Made by a program: the position numbers and the translations under genes
Assembly (NCBI RefSeq): GCF_001194135.2
Contig: NC_068986.1
Coordinates: forward strand, 84,825,683 to 84,872,899
Length of the DNA stretch: 47,217 bases
Direction: 5' to 3'
Source: Octopus bimaculoides
Lineage: Eukaryota
Shown: piece after piece, positions 35,996 to 47,181 of the stretch
Position numbering within the stretch: position 1 is the stretch's first letter
Layout of the letters: every line of letters begins with the position of its first letter
The notes under the pieces: model-generated
Told to the model about the DNA's origin: nothing
Seen by the model: only the letters and a program-made list of their open reading frames with translations
Database searches by the model: none

Positions 35996-36539
35996 AACAA
36001 TATATAAACATTACATATATATATAAATATTTGCGCGAGTACGCGCGCGCGCGTGTTTGTGTGTGTACAAGACACAGAGACTCACACACACACGTATATA
36101 TGTGTGTGGTGATATGTGTGGTCTGTTTTTATGTGTATGGAATCTATTGTTATTCTTGTGCAACCACAGGTTATTAAACATTTTGGTAACCAACCAAACG
36201 ATATGTGATAGAAATGGCGCTGAGCTGGCTGAACTTTAGACACGCAGAGCAAAATGCTTAGCAGCATTTCGTCCTTTTTGTGTTCATATGCCACCGAAGT
36301 CGACATTGCCCAGTTGATGAAATGAGTAACAGTTACGAACTGAAATCGACGTAATCGACTAGACCTCCAGCATCTCTTCTGGCTAGACTTTCCACGTATG
36401 AATTTTTGTTCTGATGTCACGACTGAGAGAGATTGTAATAAAGAGAAGCTAAATATCATTGTGAGACAGGAACAGTATCTTGTAAAGGTGTTATATGGCT
36501 ACTCTGCATCGTATAAGGGTTTTTGCTCCTCTGAATGAA

Positions 36540-36718
36540 AAATGTTCTTAAAGGAAAACCCTTTGTAGATGTGGAAGAGTTGAAGAAAAAAACGACGGAG
36601 GCGTTAAGAGGCATCAGTTTTAACAGTAGAAAACGCGTCTGAACCGATGCATTGCTTCAAATAGAAAATATCTTGAAGGCGATAAAAGTATAAACATGTA
36701 AAACTAAGTGAATAAAGT
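36540..36718 (+). mobile_element. Mariner 3' fragment
   Basis: LKGKPFVDVEELKKKTTEALRGI...RCIASN; alignable to 41145-41330. Confidence 0.7.
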
Positions 36719-37244
36719 AATATAGGCAGGTAATTATGTATGTACGTATGAATGTATATATGCATATATGTATATATGTATGTATGTATAACATATAGAC
36801 AGACGCTCTCACAAACCCATGTATATTTATGTGTGTCAATATGCGTGTGTGGTGGTGTTGGTGGAATTTAGCTATTGATATTCTTGTGAAACCCCAGGCC
36901 AGTAAACATTTTGGTAAGCAATGAGATACAAAGTCATGAGATGCAAAGATTGTAGTCTCTGACAGTGTGACATATCTTATTTATATTTCTTCACAACTTT
37001 TGCTTCGTTTTCTTTAGTATTTCTGTTTTCTTTTACGATAACCTTTATACATTCATTTGTTAAACCATTTTTCTGGGATCTTTGATATGAAGTCTGGGAG
37101 AGTTTTGGACTATATTTTGATACGTTTTCAAACTTTCTCATTTCTTCCGAGTGGTTGGGTACATTTCATAATTGAACACTCAAATAGCTATTACCTTACT
37201 CGTTAATTATAATAGTATATTTTATGATCTTACTTTTTTTCCAG

Positions 37245-37268
37245 ATAGTACAACTCCAACAGAAGAAG
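37245..37268 (+). CDS. Exon 18, 24-nt microexon, Thr-rich stalk (NSTTPTEE)
   Basis: tttttttccag acceptor, AAG|gtaaat donor, phase 1-1, in frame between exons 17 and 19. Confidence 0.72.
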
Positions 37269-38930
37269 GTAAATAGTGGTTTATAATTTCTCGCTATTCA
37301 TTGTCTTTTATTCTTAAAATTTGTTAAAAACTCATTGACTTCGTTCGCATATTTTGCGCCGCAACAGATGTAAGCAATTTGTTTTCAAATTTGAACACTC
37401 AAATAACTATTACCTTACTCTTTAATTATAAAATATATTTTATGATCCACATCAAATTTATGCAACTTGTTTTATCCTGCTGATGATCTCACGTTGGAAT
37501 GTCAAATCACCGTAGTTATACATCACTAAAAGAAAAAGGTGTTTGTTTTATCTTTCTGTGACATGGCAATCTATATTGAGTGTTATCGTTGCTGCCAAAC
37601 TGCAGAATCTGAAATAAGCACGACTTCTTATGATATAGTTAACGACTACGAAATAGCCAAGACGATGAATCTGATAACACATTCGAGTCTTTTGTGTCCC
37701 TGTCACTTAGCATTCATTTTACCTATAACAGTATCGATTAGTAAAATTTAAAAAGTGACCATTATCACGAATAGTACCGTCTCACTATTTATCGTTATCA
37801 TAGTTACGCAGTTGATATTAATATAATAGCTCTCCGAATTAATGATGCCATCTTCTGGGACTTATAGCTGATATTATAATACTTGTGCAATCTAGAATCG
37901 AATAGTGCAAATACTCCAACAATATTGTTCACTTAATAATTTAGGCATAACTAAAAAACCAAAGACAATTCTTTACAGTCATTACTCCTATTTACAGAAA
38001 CTGCGTTGCTTCGCCCTTTTTGAAAACGTTTATGATTTTCAAAATGCTCTCCTTCCATGTGTGTCTATCCGCGAGTGCACTTAGAGCAACGCAGATTGCT
38101 CAGCCGACTTTAACAAGATGACAATATTGATGTTCAATAATGGAACAAGATTATTTTAGGAACTAAAAGTACGAATGTATTACAGTTACAAAGCATATTT
38201 GAAATGATTTTGGCTGCGTAGAATACTAGAGATGGAAATGGAACTTGGAGGTGATGAATCCTGTGGGTATTTCGTAAATTTCGGTGCTAGATCTTATTAT
38301 TAGCTAAGCGTAATGTTCGGAATTATGCCTGCCAATTTAGTCAAAGGAACTTTATATACAATACTTCTCACCTAAGTCTCACACAGTCTACACATGTCCA
38401 CAGACCATAGATTTACGAAGTGGTCTGACAATAATCAAAATGGAATAGTCAAAAATGGAACAAAGTCTGGTGCATTGTGAGAGCCAGTCTACTAAGTATG
38501 AGGTTAGATGTCTTGCTCCAACAGGAGCGAATATGATTTCTGAAAAATCTACAAGCTACATATCAACAGTATATGAGTCACAAACGTATATTCATTGCGA
38601 CAACATAGTTCTGAAGGCTATGTGAGTCACAAATGTCTATTCATTGAGACTGTATATCGAAAAAAAAATGTAGAAGCATAAACTTCCAATGAACAAGTCG
38701 GTACTCCATACGCAATCTTTCACGATTTCTAACAACTCTGTACGCTTTACATGTTCCTGACAAACCGATAATTTAACTGTCACTAAACTTGATTTCACAC
38801 ATATTGCCAATGTTCCGGAAAGGAATGTCTTTATTTTTTTTTATACCTGTATAACTTAAATAAATTTAATTAACTGAAATGAAGAAACTAAAAAGTTAAT
38901 ACAATATTCTTTCCTCGTTTTTCCATGCAG

Positions 38931-39063
38931 ATTCTACAGATTTAATTCTCGGTCTTGGCATTGGAATTTCTGCAGCAGTTATTTTACTGGTCATAATTCT
39001 GCTTTGCATTTGGTTTAAATGGAAAAAGAAAAATACTGAATGTCTTCTGAACACATCAGATAT
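38931..39063 (+). CDS. Exon 19, transmembrane helix and stop-transfer (DSTDLILGLGIGISAAVILLVIILLCIWFKWKKK...)
   Basis: ttccatgcag acceptor, AT|gtaaga donor, 133 nt, phase 1-2; long hydrophobic run followed by KWKKK. Confidence 0.92.
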
Positions 39064-40394
39064 GTAAGATGACCAATACTTCTTTGTCTTTCCTCTATGT
39101 TAGAAAATATGTGTAAACAATGAAATCTTATTTAACGTTAATGTCATGCTAGCTATACAGTATGTCTTGAACTAGTAATGCTTCTGTCGGTAATAACAAA
39201 TTAAAAATGTCAGCCACGCTTTTGCAGTACCTGTAATTTATTGCTCACTGTTTTTCTATATCAGTAGAATCTCAATTTGCCTAAGCATGCGGTTAATAAT
39301 CGATACTTAACACATATGGCACGCAATGACGCAGAAATCTTCACTTAGCAATTTCACTGCCACTTGAGGGCGCTTTTCGTCTGCTACTAAAACATTTCTG
39401 TGCTTTTAATCAGTGGTATGCACTCCCGAGATGAATACTGTAATTGAGTAGTAATCTACTGTATATCCACGTTAAATAAGAGTATTACTTTGAATTAATA
39501 TATTCCTCGTTGCCAGTGATTTGCGACAGCAGTGATTTTTTAATCACTATTTTTCAATATATACAGAGGCTGATATAATAACTTTTCTGACAGCGCAGTT
39601 AGGACATTTATCAGTCAAACAAGTGGCGTCGAACTTGACTCACATGTCTAGTTTGGCTTTCACTGATGTCCAGGATTTCCTTGCGAATATTGCCGCTTAT
39701 ACCTGTCAATACCCTATATAGGATGCTAGTGTTGACAATCCAGCGATCATGTTTACTATAATTCCTAATTTAAGCAAAAGAACCACTTATCGTTTTAAGA
39801 TGTTATAATAGCTCATGTAGCGGCTGCAATAACTGAATAGAAGTCATTTTATATTTCATGGTTTGATGAAAAGCGGATTCTATCTGATTTCCTTTGGTTT
39901 GTTGTAATTTTAGTTATATCCCAAAATAAATAAATATATATATATATATATATCGGTTGAGTAAAAGTTAAACAATGTCTTGAACATTGAAGTATGTGTA
40001 CTGGAATCTTGCACGGTTTTGAATTTCTTCAGACAAATTTTTTGCAATTGTCTGATAATACAGACATAGACTTGCTCAAATGCATCAATAGATTAACGTC
40101 GACTCTTTTTCGCCGTTGTTACTATCATCTGAAATTGATCGGTTGGTTTGGACGTCTTTTGGTAATTATTCCGATTTCTGTTCGATTTATTACCGATTTG
40201 TTGAACTTTCATTCTGTTTGTTTTGAAATACACTCTATTTCTCTGCCTTTTGGCAGATTTGTTAACGGTTTCCCCATTGGGGGAAATGTTTCCCTTCTTT
40301 GAAAAAAATTTTTCTTCATCATGTTCAACATAAACTCATGAGATGTGTCTTCATCGGACGAAGATTTGAATGAACAAGATCACGATTTAAGCGA

Positions 40395-41377
40395 GGAATT
40401 GCGAATTAAAAAAATTGCAGTAAAATTTGTGCCCCTTTTGCACACGGAAGATCAAAAGCAGTCACGACTGAATGCGTGTCATTAACTGAAAGAACAGTTG
40501 GAAGTTAATCCAAACCGTTTATCAAAGGTTATTACTGGTGACGAAAGCTGGTGCTACAGTTACGATCTGGAAACGAAGCAGCAATCAAGTCAATGAAAGC
40601 TGTCGATGTCACCACACCCTTAAAAAGTGTATCAGATGAAGACCAATGTCAAGACAATGCTGATTTGTTTCATCGATGTGAAAGGAATTGTCCACACAGA
40701 ATTTGTTCCCCCCGGTGAAACTGTTAACCAGACAGTTTACTTGGCAGTTCTGAAGCGTTTGCAAGACACAGCGAGACGAAGACATTCTGACCAGTGGCAG
40801 AGTGGAACGTATTGGTGTCATCACCACAATGCACCTGCACACAACTCCTTGCGCATGTGGCAGTTTTTGACCAAAACTTACATAACCCAGCTTACCCACC
40901 CTCCCTCCCTATCNNNNNNNNNNNNNNNNNNNNNNNNNNNNNNNNNNNNNNNNNNNNNNNNNNNNNNNNNNNNNNNNNNNNNNNNNNNNNNNNNNNNNNN
41001 NNNNNNNNNNNNNNNNNNNNNNNNNNNNNNNNNNNNNNNNNNNNNNNNNNNNNNNNNNNNNNNNNNNNNNNNNNNNNNNNNNNNNNNNNNNNNNCAATCT
41101 TGCTCCATGAGACATTTTTCTGTTCCACCAAATGAAAATAAGTCTTTAAAGTAAGACGTTTGCAGATGGAGAAGAGGTGTATAAGAAAAACGATGGAGGC
41201 GTTAAAAGGCATCACTTTGCAAGAGTCCCACGTCTGGCTCGAACAGTGCAAAAAGCGTCTGGACCGTAGCATGGCTTGAAATGGCAAATACTATGAAAGT
41301 GGTGAAAATATAAACATGTAAAACTAATTCAATGAGATAATACTGCAAAATTCCGGTTTCTTTCAGGTAGCCCCTCG
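40395..41377 (+). mobile_element. Mariner transposon remnant with right TIR ending cccctcg|TA
   Basis: KFVP...ITGDESWCYSYDLETKQQSSQ*, MLICFIDVKGIVHTEFVPPGETVNQTVY, HHHNAPAH, HPP; gap over the SPDLAP region; TIR-like end 41345-41377. Confidence 0.88.
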
Positions 41378-41487
41378 TATATAAATTATGACATCTAATA
41401 GCTAAAGAATAAAATATAAATATGGAAACACTATGCCATCGTCAGTTTAAATACTAAACTGGCTTTTTCTTAGTATATAATATGTCT

Positions 41488-41894
41488 AAGGTGGCGAGCT
41501 GTCAGAAACGTTAGCGCACCGAGCGAAATGCTTAGCGGTATTTCGTCTGCCGTTACGTTCTAAGTTCAAATTCCGCCGAGGTCGACTTTGCATTTCATCC
41601 TTTCGGGGTCGATAAATTAAGTTCCAGTTACGCACTGGGGTCGATGTAATCGACTTAATCCCTTTCGCTGTCTTTGTTTGTCCCGTCTATGTTTAGCCCG
41701 TTGTGGGCAATAAAGAAATAAGAAACGTTAGCCCGTCGGGCAAAATTCTGAACCGTATTTCGTCCGTCTTTACGTCTTTACGTTCTGAGTTCAAATTTCA
41801 CCGAGGTCGACTTTGCTTTTCATTCTTTCGGGGTCGATCTAATCGACTGACCCTCTCCCGCAAAATTTCGGGCTTTGTGACTAGAGTAGAAAAG
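41488..41894 (+). mobile_element. SINE A dimer/nested pair with perfect 16-bp target-site duplication
   Basis: agtatataatatgtct at 41472-41487 and 41895-41910. Confidence 0.92.
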
Positions 41895-42109
41895 AGTATA
41901 TAATATGTCTTCTTAATGCTCTTTTGTCTGTGATCATGTATTGTAATCTTTATATCAGTTCGCTTGGAATTCAAACTGTTATGGGTTATCTTTATATAAT
42001 TGTGTTCGTATAGATTTCGCATGCATGGAATGTTACAATCGAACGAATATGAATCGATTTGTATGTTATACTTTTTTTCTATATGTTTAAATGCTTGAGT
42101 GGAGATGCC

Positions 42110-42290
42110 TGGATTAATGGCTAGAGTGTTGGATTCATGAGCGTAAAACAATGGTTTCGATTCCTGGAAAGGGCGTTGTGTTCTTGAATACAAACACTTC
42201 ATTTCACGTTGCTCCAGTCCATTCAACTGGTAAATATAATTTTGCGACGACCCGGTATTCCGTCCAGTGGAAGATATATACAGCATGGAA
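42110..42290 (+). mobile_element. SINE C, sense, diverged
   Basis: tRNA-like head (ggtttcgattcctgg), gcgttgtgttcttga...catttcacgttgctccagtccattcaactgg. Confidence 0.65.
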
Positions 42291-42591
42291 ACCAGGAAAC
42301 CGACCCTCGGGAAGGAACTTCACTTTCTTTTTAGAAATACACAATTGAAACAATCATTTGTCTAATATGATGTAAGCGTTTAGTAAATATGTAATATTCT
42401 CCAAACGTTGTTATGTAGTCTGTATTACTTGGAATTCTTCGAAGCGATCTTTCGGGGCAATTACCCTGGATGTTAATCTTCATAGGATCGATTGCTTTCT
42501 GGTAGTTTGATGTAGTCAACCAAGTTTACTTACACACTGAGTCCATACTAGCTATCTGTTTTGGTTTATTAATCCCTACAACTACTTACAC

Positions 42592-42667
<76 letters not shown>

Positions 42668-42669
<2 letters not shown>

Positions 42670-43180
42670 TTGCACTCCGTCGCTTACAACGACGAGGGTT
42701 CCAATAGATACGATCAACGGAACAACTTACTCGTGAGATTGACGTGCAAGTGACTGAGTACTCCACAAACACGCGTATCCCTTCATATACTTCTCAGGGA
42801 GATTCAGTAGGACACAGTGTGGCAAGGTTGGCCCATTGAAATACGAGTACTACCCATTTTTGCCAGCTGAGTAGACTAGAGCACCTTGACCGTTGACTGA
42901 ACACTATTCAATTTTTTTTCTCCGTGTTTTTCTCCTTGTCTCCGTATTCTTTCTGTTGAAGAGCGTAGCTCGAAACGTCAAAGACTTTCCGTATTCCCGA
43001 GCGTCATACTAATACATCCTTTTGTTATTTACACCACCTGTCCTCGTCTGTTGTTATTATTTGTATATTCTCCCACATAAAATAAAGTATCTTGTTCAAG
43101 GACACAACGCGCCGCCGGGAATCGAACTTGCGACCCTACAATCACGAGCCGAATACCCTAACCACTAAGCCACGTGCCTT
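42668..43180 (-). mobile_element. SINE C, antisense, interrupted by an about 190-bp insertion (42883-43074)
   Basis: Head cttgttcaaggacacaacgcgccgccgggaatcgaac...taaccactaagccacgtgcctt and body gccagctgagtagactagagca are separated by foreign sequence. Confidence 0.8.
42948..42984 (+). ncRNA. Minimal type I hammerhead ribozyme fold with variant core (CUGUUGA), inside a Penelope-like terminal-repeat fragment
   Basis: Stem I TCTTT/AAAGA; core CTGTTGA+A; stem II GAGC-gta-GCTC; GAAAC; palindromic ACGT helix III; cleavage triplet GUC (42977-42979). Invariant A6 is U in this copy. Confidence 0.6.
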
Positions 43181-43188
43181 GACTATAA

Positions 43189-43263
<75 letters not shown>

Positions 43264-43324
43264 TCCCTGATGGAGATTTAATATTTAAATGTATTTACGT
43301 TAATCAATATTTTGTATTTCACAG

Positions 43325-43428
43325 TTTACAAGTAGATAACACTTATATGGATAACGCCCCAGGCTGGAAGAAGGAGAATATCGGCATAAACAAAGATTTC
43401 GATTGGCACGAGGGACCTCAACAGAAAT
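43325..43428 (+). CDS. Exon 20, cytoplasmic tail (ILQVDNTYMDNAPGWKKENIGINKDFDWHEGPQQK)
   Basis: tatttcacag acceptor, T|gtaagt donor, 104 nt, phase 2-1 matching exon 19. Confidence 0.82.
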
Positions 43429-43854
43429 GTAAGTCTATTTTCCCGCAAATAAATATCCTTATTGCAATATGTTTCCCAGTTTTGATGACTTTATTAAATT
43501 CTTTTCCAAGACTGTGTGCTGACAGATTCGTTAGCACACCGAACAAAATGCTTGACAGCAGTTTTTCCACATTCTGAGTTCATATTTTGACCAGGTCGAG
43601 TTTATCTTTTTATAATTTCAGAGTCTTTAAAATAAGTAACAGTGAAATATCGAGGTCAAGTAGACTTATAGTCACAAAGTTTCCATCCCTCGTTTACTTT
43701 TCTGGCATAAAATACCTTCAAACATTTTGTCTAATGTATATCTTTTTATGTAACGTAATATAGCATTGATGTTGCCACCGTCTCTAGCTGGTCGGATGAT
43801 AACGCCAATTAAATGCCTGATTCATGAAATTGTTTGTTGTTGGAATTTTTATCG

Positions 43855-44232
43855 CTTACTTGTTTCGGTCATTAGGCTGCGGCCATAGTGGGGGTACCAT
43901 CTTGAAGAGTTTTACTCCAACTGATTGGCCCCCGCACTTATTTTTCAGTCTGGTACATATTTCGTCTTACTTTTTGCTGAGCTCCTAAGTTAGTGGGACA
44001 TAAACAAATCAGAACCGGTTACCAAGACTGGGGAGTGAACAATTACCGACACAAAGATGCATACACGCACACACATATATGTACGGCGGGCTTCCAGTCG
44101 TTCCATCTACCAAATTCATTCATACAGCATTGGCCATTCTGGGGTTATTCTATAAAAAACACGAAAGGTGCCACGCTGTGGGATAGAACTTGAATCTATG
44201 TGGTTTCAAAACGAGCTTCTTAACAACTCATC
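43855..44232 (-). mobile_element. SINE B, antisense, diverged full copy
   Basis: Reverse complement of SINE B head (ttccatctaccaaattcatt...ggtgccacgctgtggga...gaacttgaatctatgtggtt) and tail. Confidence 0.72.
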
Positions 44233-44659
44233 AATTCCTGCAACTATAATGTTTATTTTATGGTTATTTTCGATCAAGGAGTAATATTTGACCAAAGCCA
44301 TTCCAGGTTATGCCTTCATTTTTCTTCTGCATGCATTCTGTAGATAGAACTAAAAATTCAAAATATTCAATGTCCTTTCCCTTTTTATATGACAGCACAT
44401 GATGCGATGCAAATTTTAATACTATTTCTAGGATATCATGTGTACATGGAGGTTCCACCATTTTCTCGTTCGTAGATAGAAATGAATGACATTTTGTGAA
44501 TACAATATTTCACCAAGTCACACTTAGAAAAAAATTAAAAACATTTTGGGACACCGAGAAATTGATTGAACAGTTTATAATCTTGGGAAAGAAAAACTCT
44601 TGAGAAACTTTGGAAAGAAAAGTCCTTCGTTCAGTTTGCTAGATCGTATAAGTAAAGGT

Positions 44660-45180
44660 ATCTGTTTACTTTAAGGCTTCAGTTATACTGACACTGGCTC
44701 GCGACCTCTCGAGCTATCAATACATTCTGATCGGCTCTGATAGAGCAGCTCAATGTTTTGAAGTGTTCTTCTTGAGACCAAACATGTTTTCTAATGAAGA
44801 AAACCGTCCACAATATATCGCATGTCTTCAATGCTGCTGACCACGAAAGCTGAGTCATTTGCGTGTAGCAACGCCCTAACTCAAATCTCCCAGATATCGG
44901 TGAAGGCACGAAGACTAGCTTCGCATCTCTTCTGGGGTGGATAACGATCCCCTTCTGCAAATAGACCAGCCTTCACGGTGTCTAGCACAACTGAGAGTTA
45001 AAGTGCGACGAGCGAAAGGGCAGGCATAAAGCTCTGCTTCACACCATGGTTGACCGTAAACGCTTAACTAAGTACTCCATCAAATAAGACTGGCCCTTTT
45101 ATTACTGCATGGAACTCCTTGATAATGTGAACAAGCTTTTCGGGACATCCATAAGTCTCTAGCACTTTCAAAAGGTATTT
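44660..45180 (-). mobile_element. RTE-clade LINE reverse transcriptase fragment, degraded
   Basis: Minus translation AFTVNHGVKQS...ALLHANDSAFVVSSIEDMRYIVDGF resembles the RTE GVKQG...LLFADD...EDLQ motifs. Confidence 0.65.
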
Positions 45181-45690
45181 GTTAGTTCAAATGCCTGGAA
45201 AAAGTCCACAAACACCATGAAAAGTGACCAGTGTTGCGCCGCTGCTTCTTCCTATAGCTGTTGCAGTGAGAAGATCATGCCTGTGGTTGCTCTCCATATA
45301 TACATAGGCAGATAGATACATAGATAGATGGAAATACAGAAGGGAAAATAAATGTAGACATATAGCTGGATAGATATATAAGTGTGAATATATGGGTGTG
45401 TTTATATATGTGTGCATGTGTGTATGTGTGTGGGAGTGTGTGTGTGTGTGCGGATGCATGTGTGAATGGGCGTGTATGTGCGCGAGTGTGTGTGAATGTA
45501 TGGGTGTTGGTGAGTGTGCGACTATGTGTATACGCGTCTGCAAGTGTGTGTTCTTATGGCCTTCAAATACATTTTGCTCGCAACAGAATTGTACACTTTA
45601 TCAATTAATAAATGTATCAATCTCTTATATCCGTTTTTCTTAACTCCTATCACTTAAGTTTATTGCTTAATATTTTATATCTCTTTGCAG

Positions 45691-45725
45691 CGTATTTTGA
45701 CTATGTCCTCGAAAGTGAAGACCAA
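45691..45725 (+). CDS. Exon 21, cytoplasmic tail (SYFDYVLESEDQ); gene continues beyond window
   Basis: ctctttgcag acceptor, CAA|gtgagt donor, 35 nt, phase 1-0 matching exon 20; no stop codon reached. Confidence 0.75.
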
Positions 45726-46109
45726 GTGAGTAATTTTGTCATTCTTTACATTTTGTAATCGATAGACTGCAAAGAATAGAACTGTGAACCTTCAAAATTT
45801 AAAATATTTCTTTAAGAAACGTAAATTTCACAATAATACATGAAAATTTCTGTTGCGTCAGCTTGGATGTGCGAGGAATACACTCACACATATGCCACCA
45901 AACGCATATATACGCATAACACATATATATGTATGACACCAAACACACACACATATATATATATATGTTTATTTCCACACACAAACACGTAGATATATTT
46001 ATATATACATATATATACATATATACATATATATATACATACATACATACATACATATATACATATATATAATGTATATATATACATATATATATTATAT
46101 ATATATACA

Positions 46110-46148
<39 letters not shown>

Positions 46149-46399
46149 NNNNNNNNNNNNNNNNNNNNNNNNNNNNNNNNNNNNNNNNNNNNNNNNNNNN
46201 NNNNNNNNNNNNNNNNNNNNNNNNNNNNNNNNNNNNNNNNNNNNNNNNNNNNNNNNNNNNNNNNNNNNNNNNNNNNNNNNNNNNNNNNNNNNNNNNNNNN
46301 NNNNNNNNNNNNNNNNNNNNNNNNNNNNNNNNNNNNNNNTATATATATATATATATATATATGCATGTATACGCATAGATGCGAGAGTGTATGTGTATA

Positions 46400-47088
46400 T
46401 ATAGAGAGAGAATCTGCATCAAATTTTGCGAAAAGCTTCGTGATACCTGTTCAGTGGCTTACGCGAAGTTTTCAAAACGCTTTCATCGTTCTCGACACAA
46501 TCAAGGAGATCTTGTGCAACTGAAACCCGAGTGTCTTTTGGGTCAGCTGAATGCAGTTTTGGCACAAACTTGGCAGACATGCGTCTCATACCCAAACCTT
46601 CAGTGATAATCGACTGAACTGAATCGTAACTAATTTGCACTTCCTATGATCACTGAAAAATGGTGATTCTACGATTTCCACTCATTGATGCACGCACATC
46701 TTACGATGTTTTTTTCAGTTCTGCTTGTTGCGCGTCTCCGAGAACGTTCGTCAATATGGACATTTTTTCGGCGGTCTTGGAAACGTTTGAACCACTCGTC
46801 TAATGTGGCTCATACACTCCTCTCCATACACTTTCTGCAAATTTGCGCAGCCCTCCGAGCGGGTATCGCCATGACAACGTCCTCTGTCTGTCATAGTCAA
46901 TGCGATCAATCACACGCTATATACCTTCCTTCCAAGCATTGCTGTAAATAACAGAAGCGACCTAGAACGTTAAAACTTAGTGCGCATGCCAAGCAGTTTT
47001 CATGATCAATCTTGCCAAGTGGCTTCATTGTGCGTACTTTGGCATCGCTACTATGGCAACAGTCCGGACACTTATTGATCAAATCTAG
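46400..47088 (-). mobile_element. Mariner transposon 5' remnant with left TIR
   Basis: Minus ORF IITEGLGMRRMSAKFVPKL; TIR-like agtccggacacttattgatcaaatctag (47061-47088) followed by TA. Confidence 0.85.
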
Positions 47089-47181
47089 TATGTATGTATG
47101 TATGTATGTATCTCTCTATCTATACATATACATACATATATATATATTCGTATATAGATGTTTATATGTATATGCATATAA

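Noticed and set aside
37093-37158. Possible extra 66-nt phase 1-1 exon ending at G|gtacat
   Set aside because: Weak acceptor, and the aromatic-rich peptide is implausible for a stalk
39990-40390. Possible piggyBac-like transposase remnant on the minus strand (SIDAFEQ..., acidic SSDED start)
   Set aside because: Too degraded to support without a profile search
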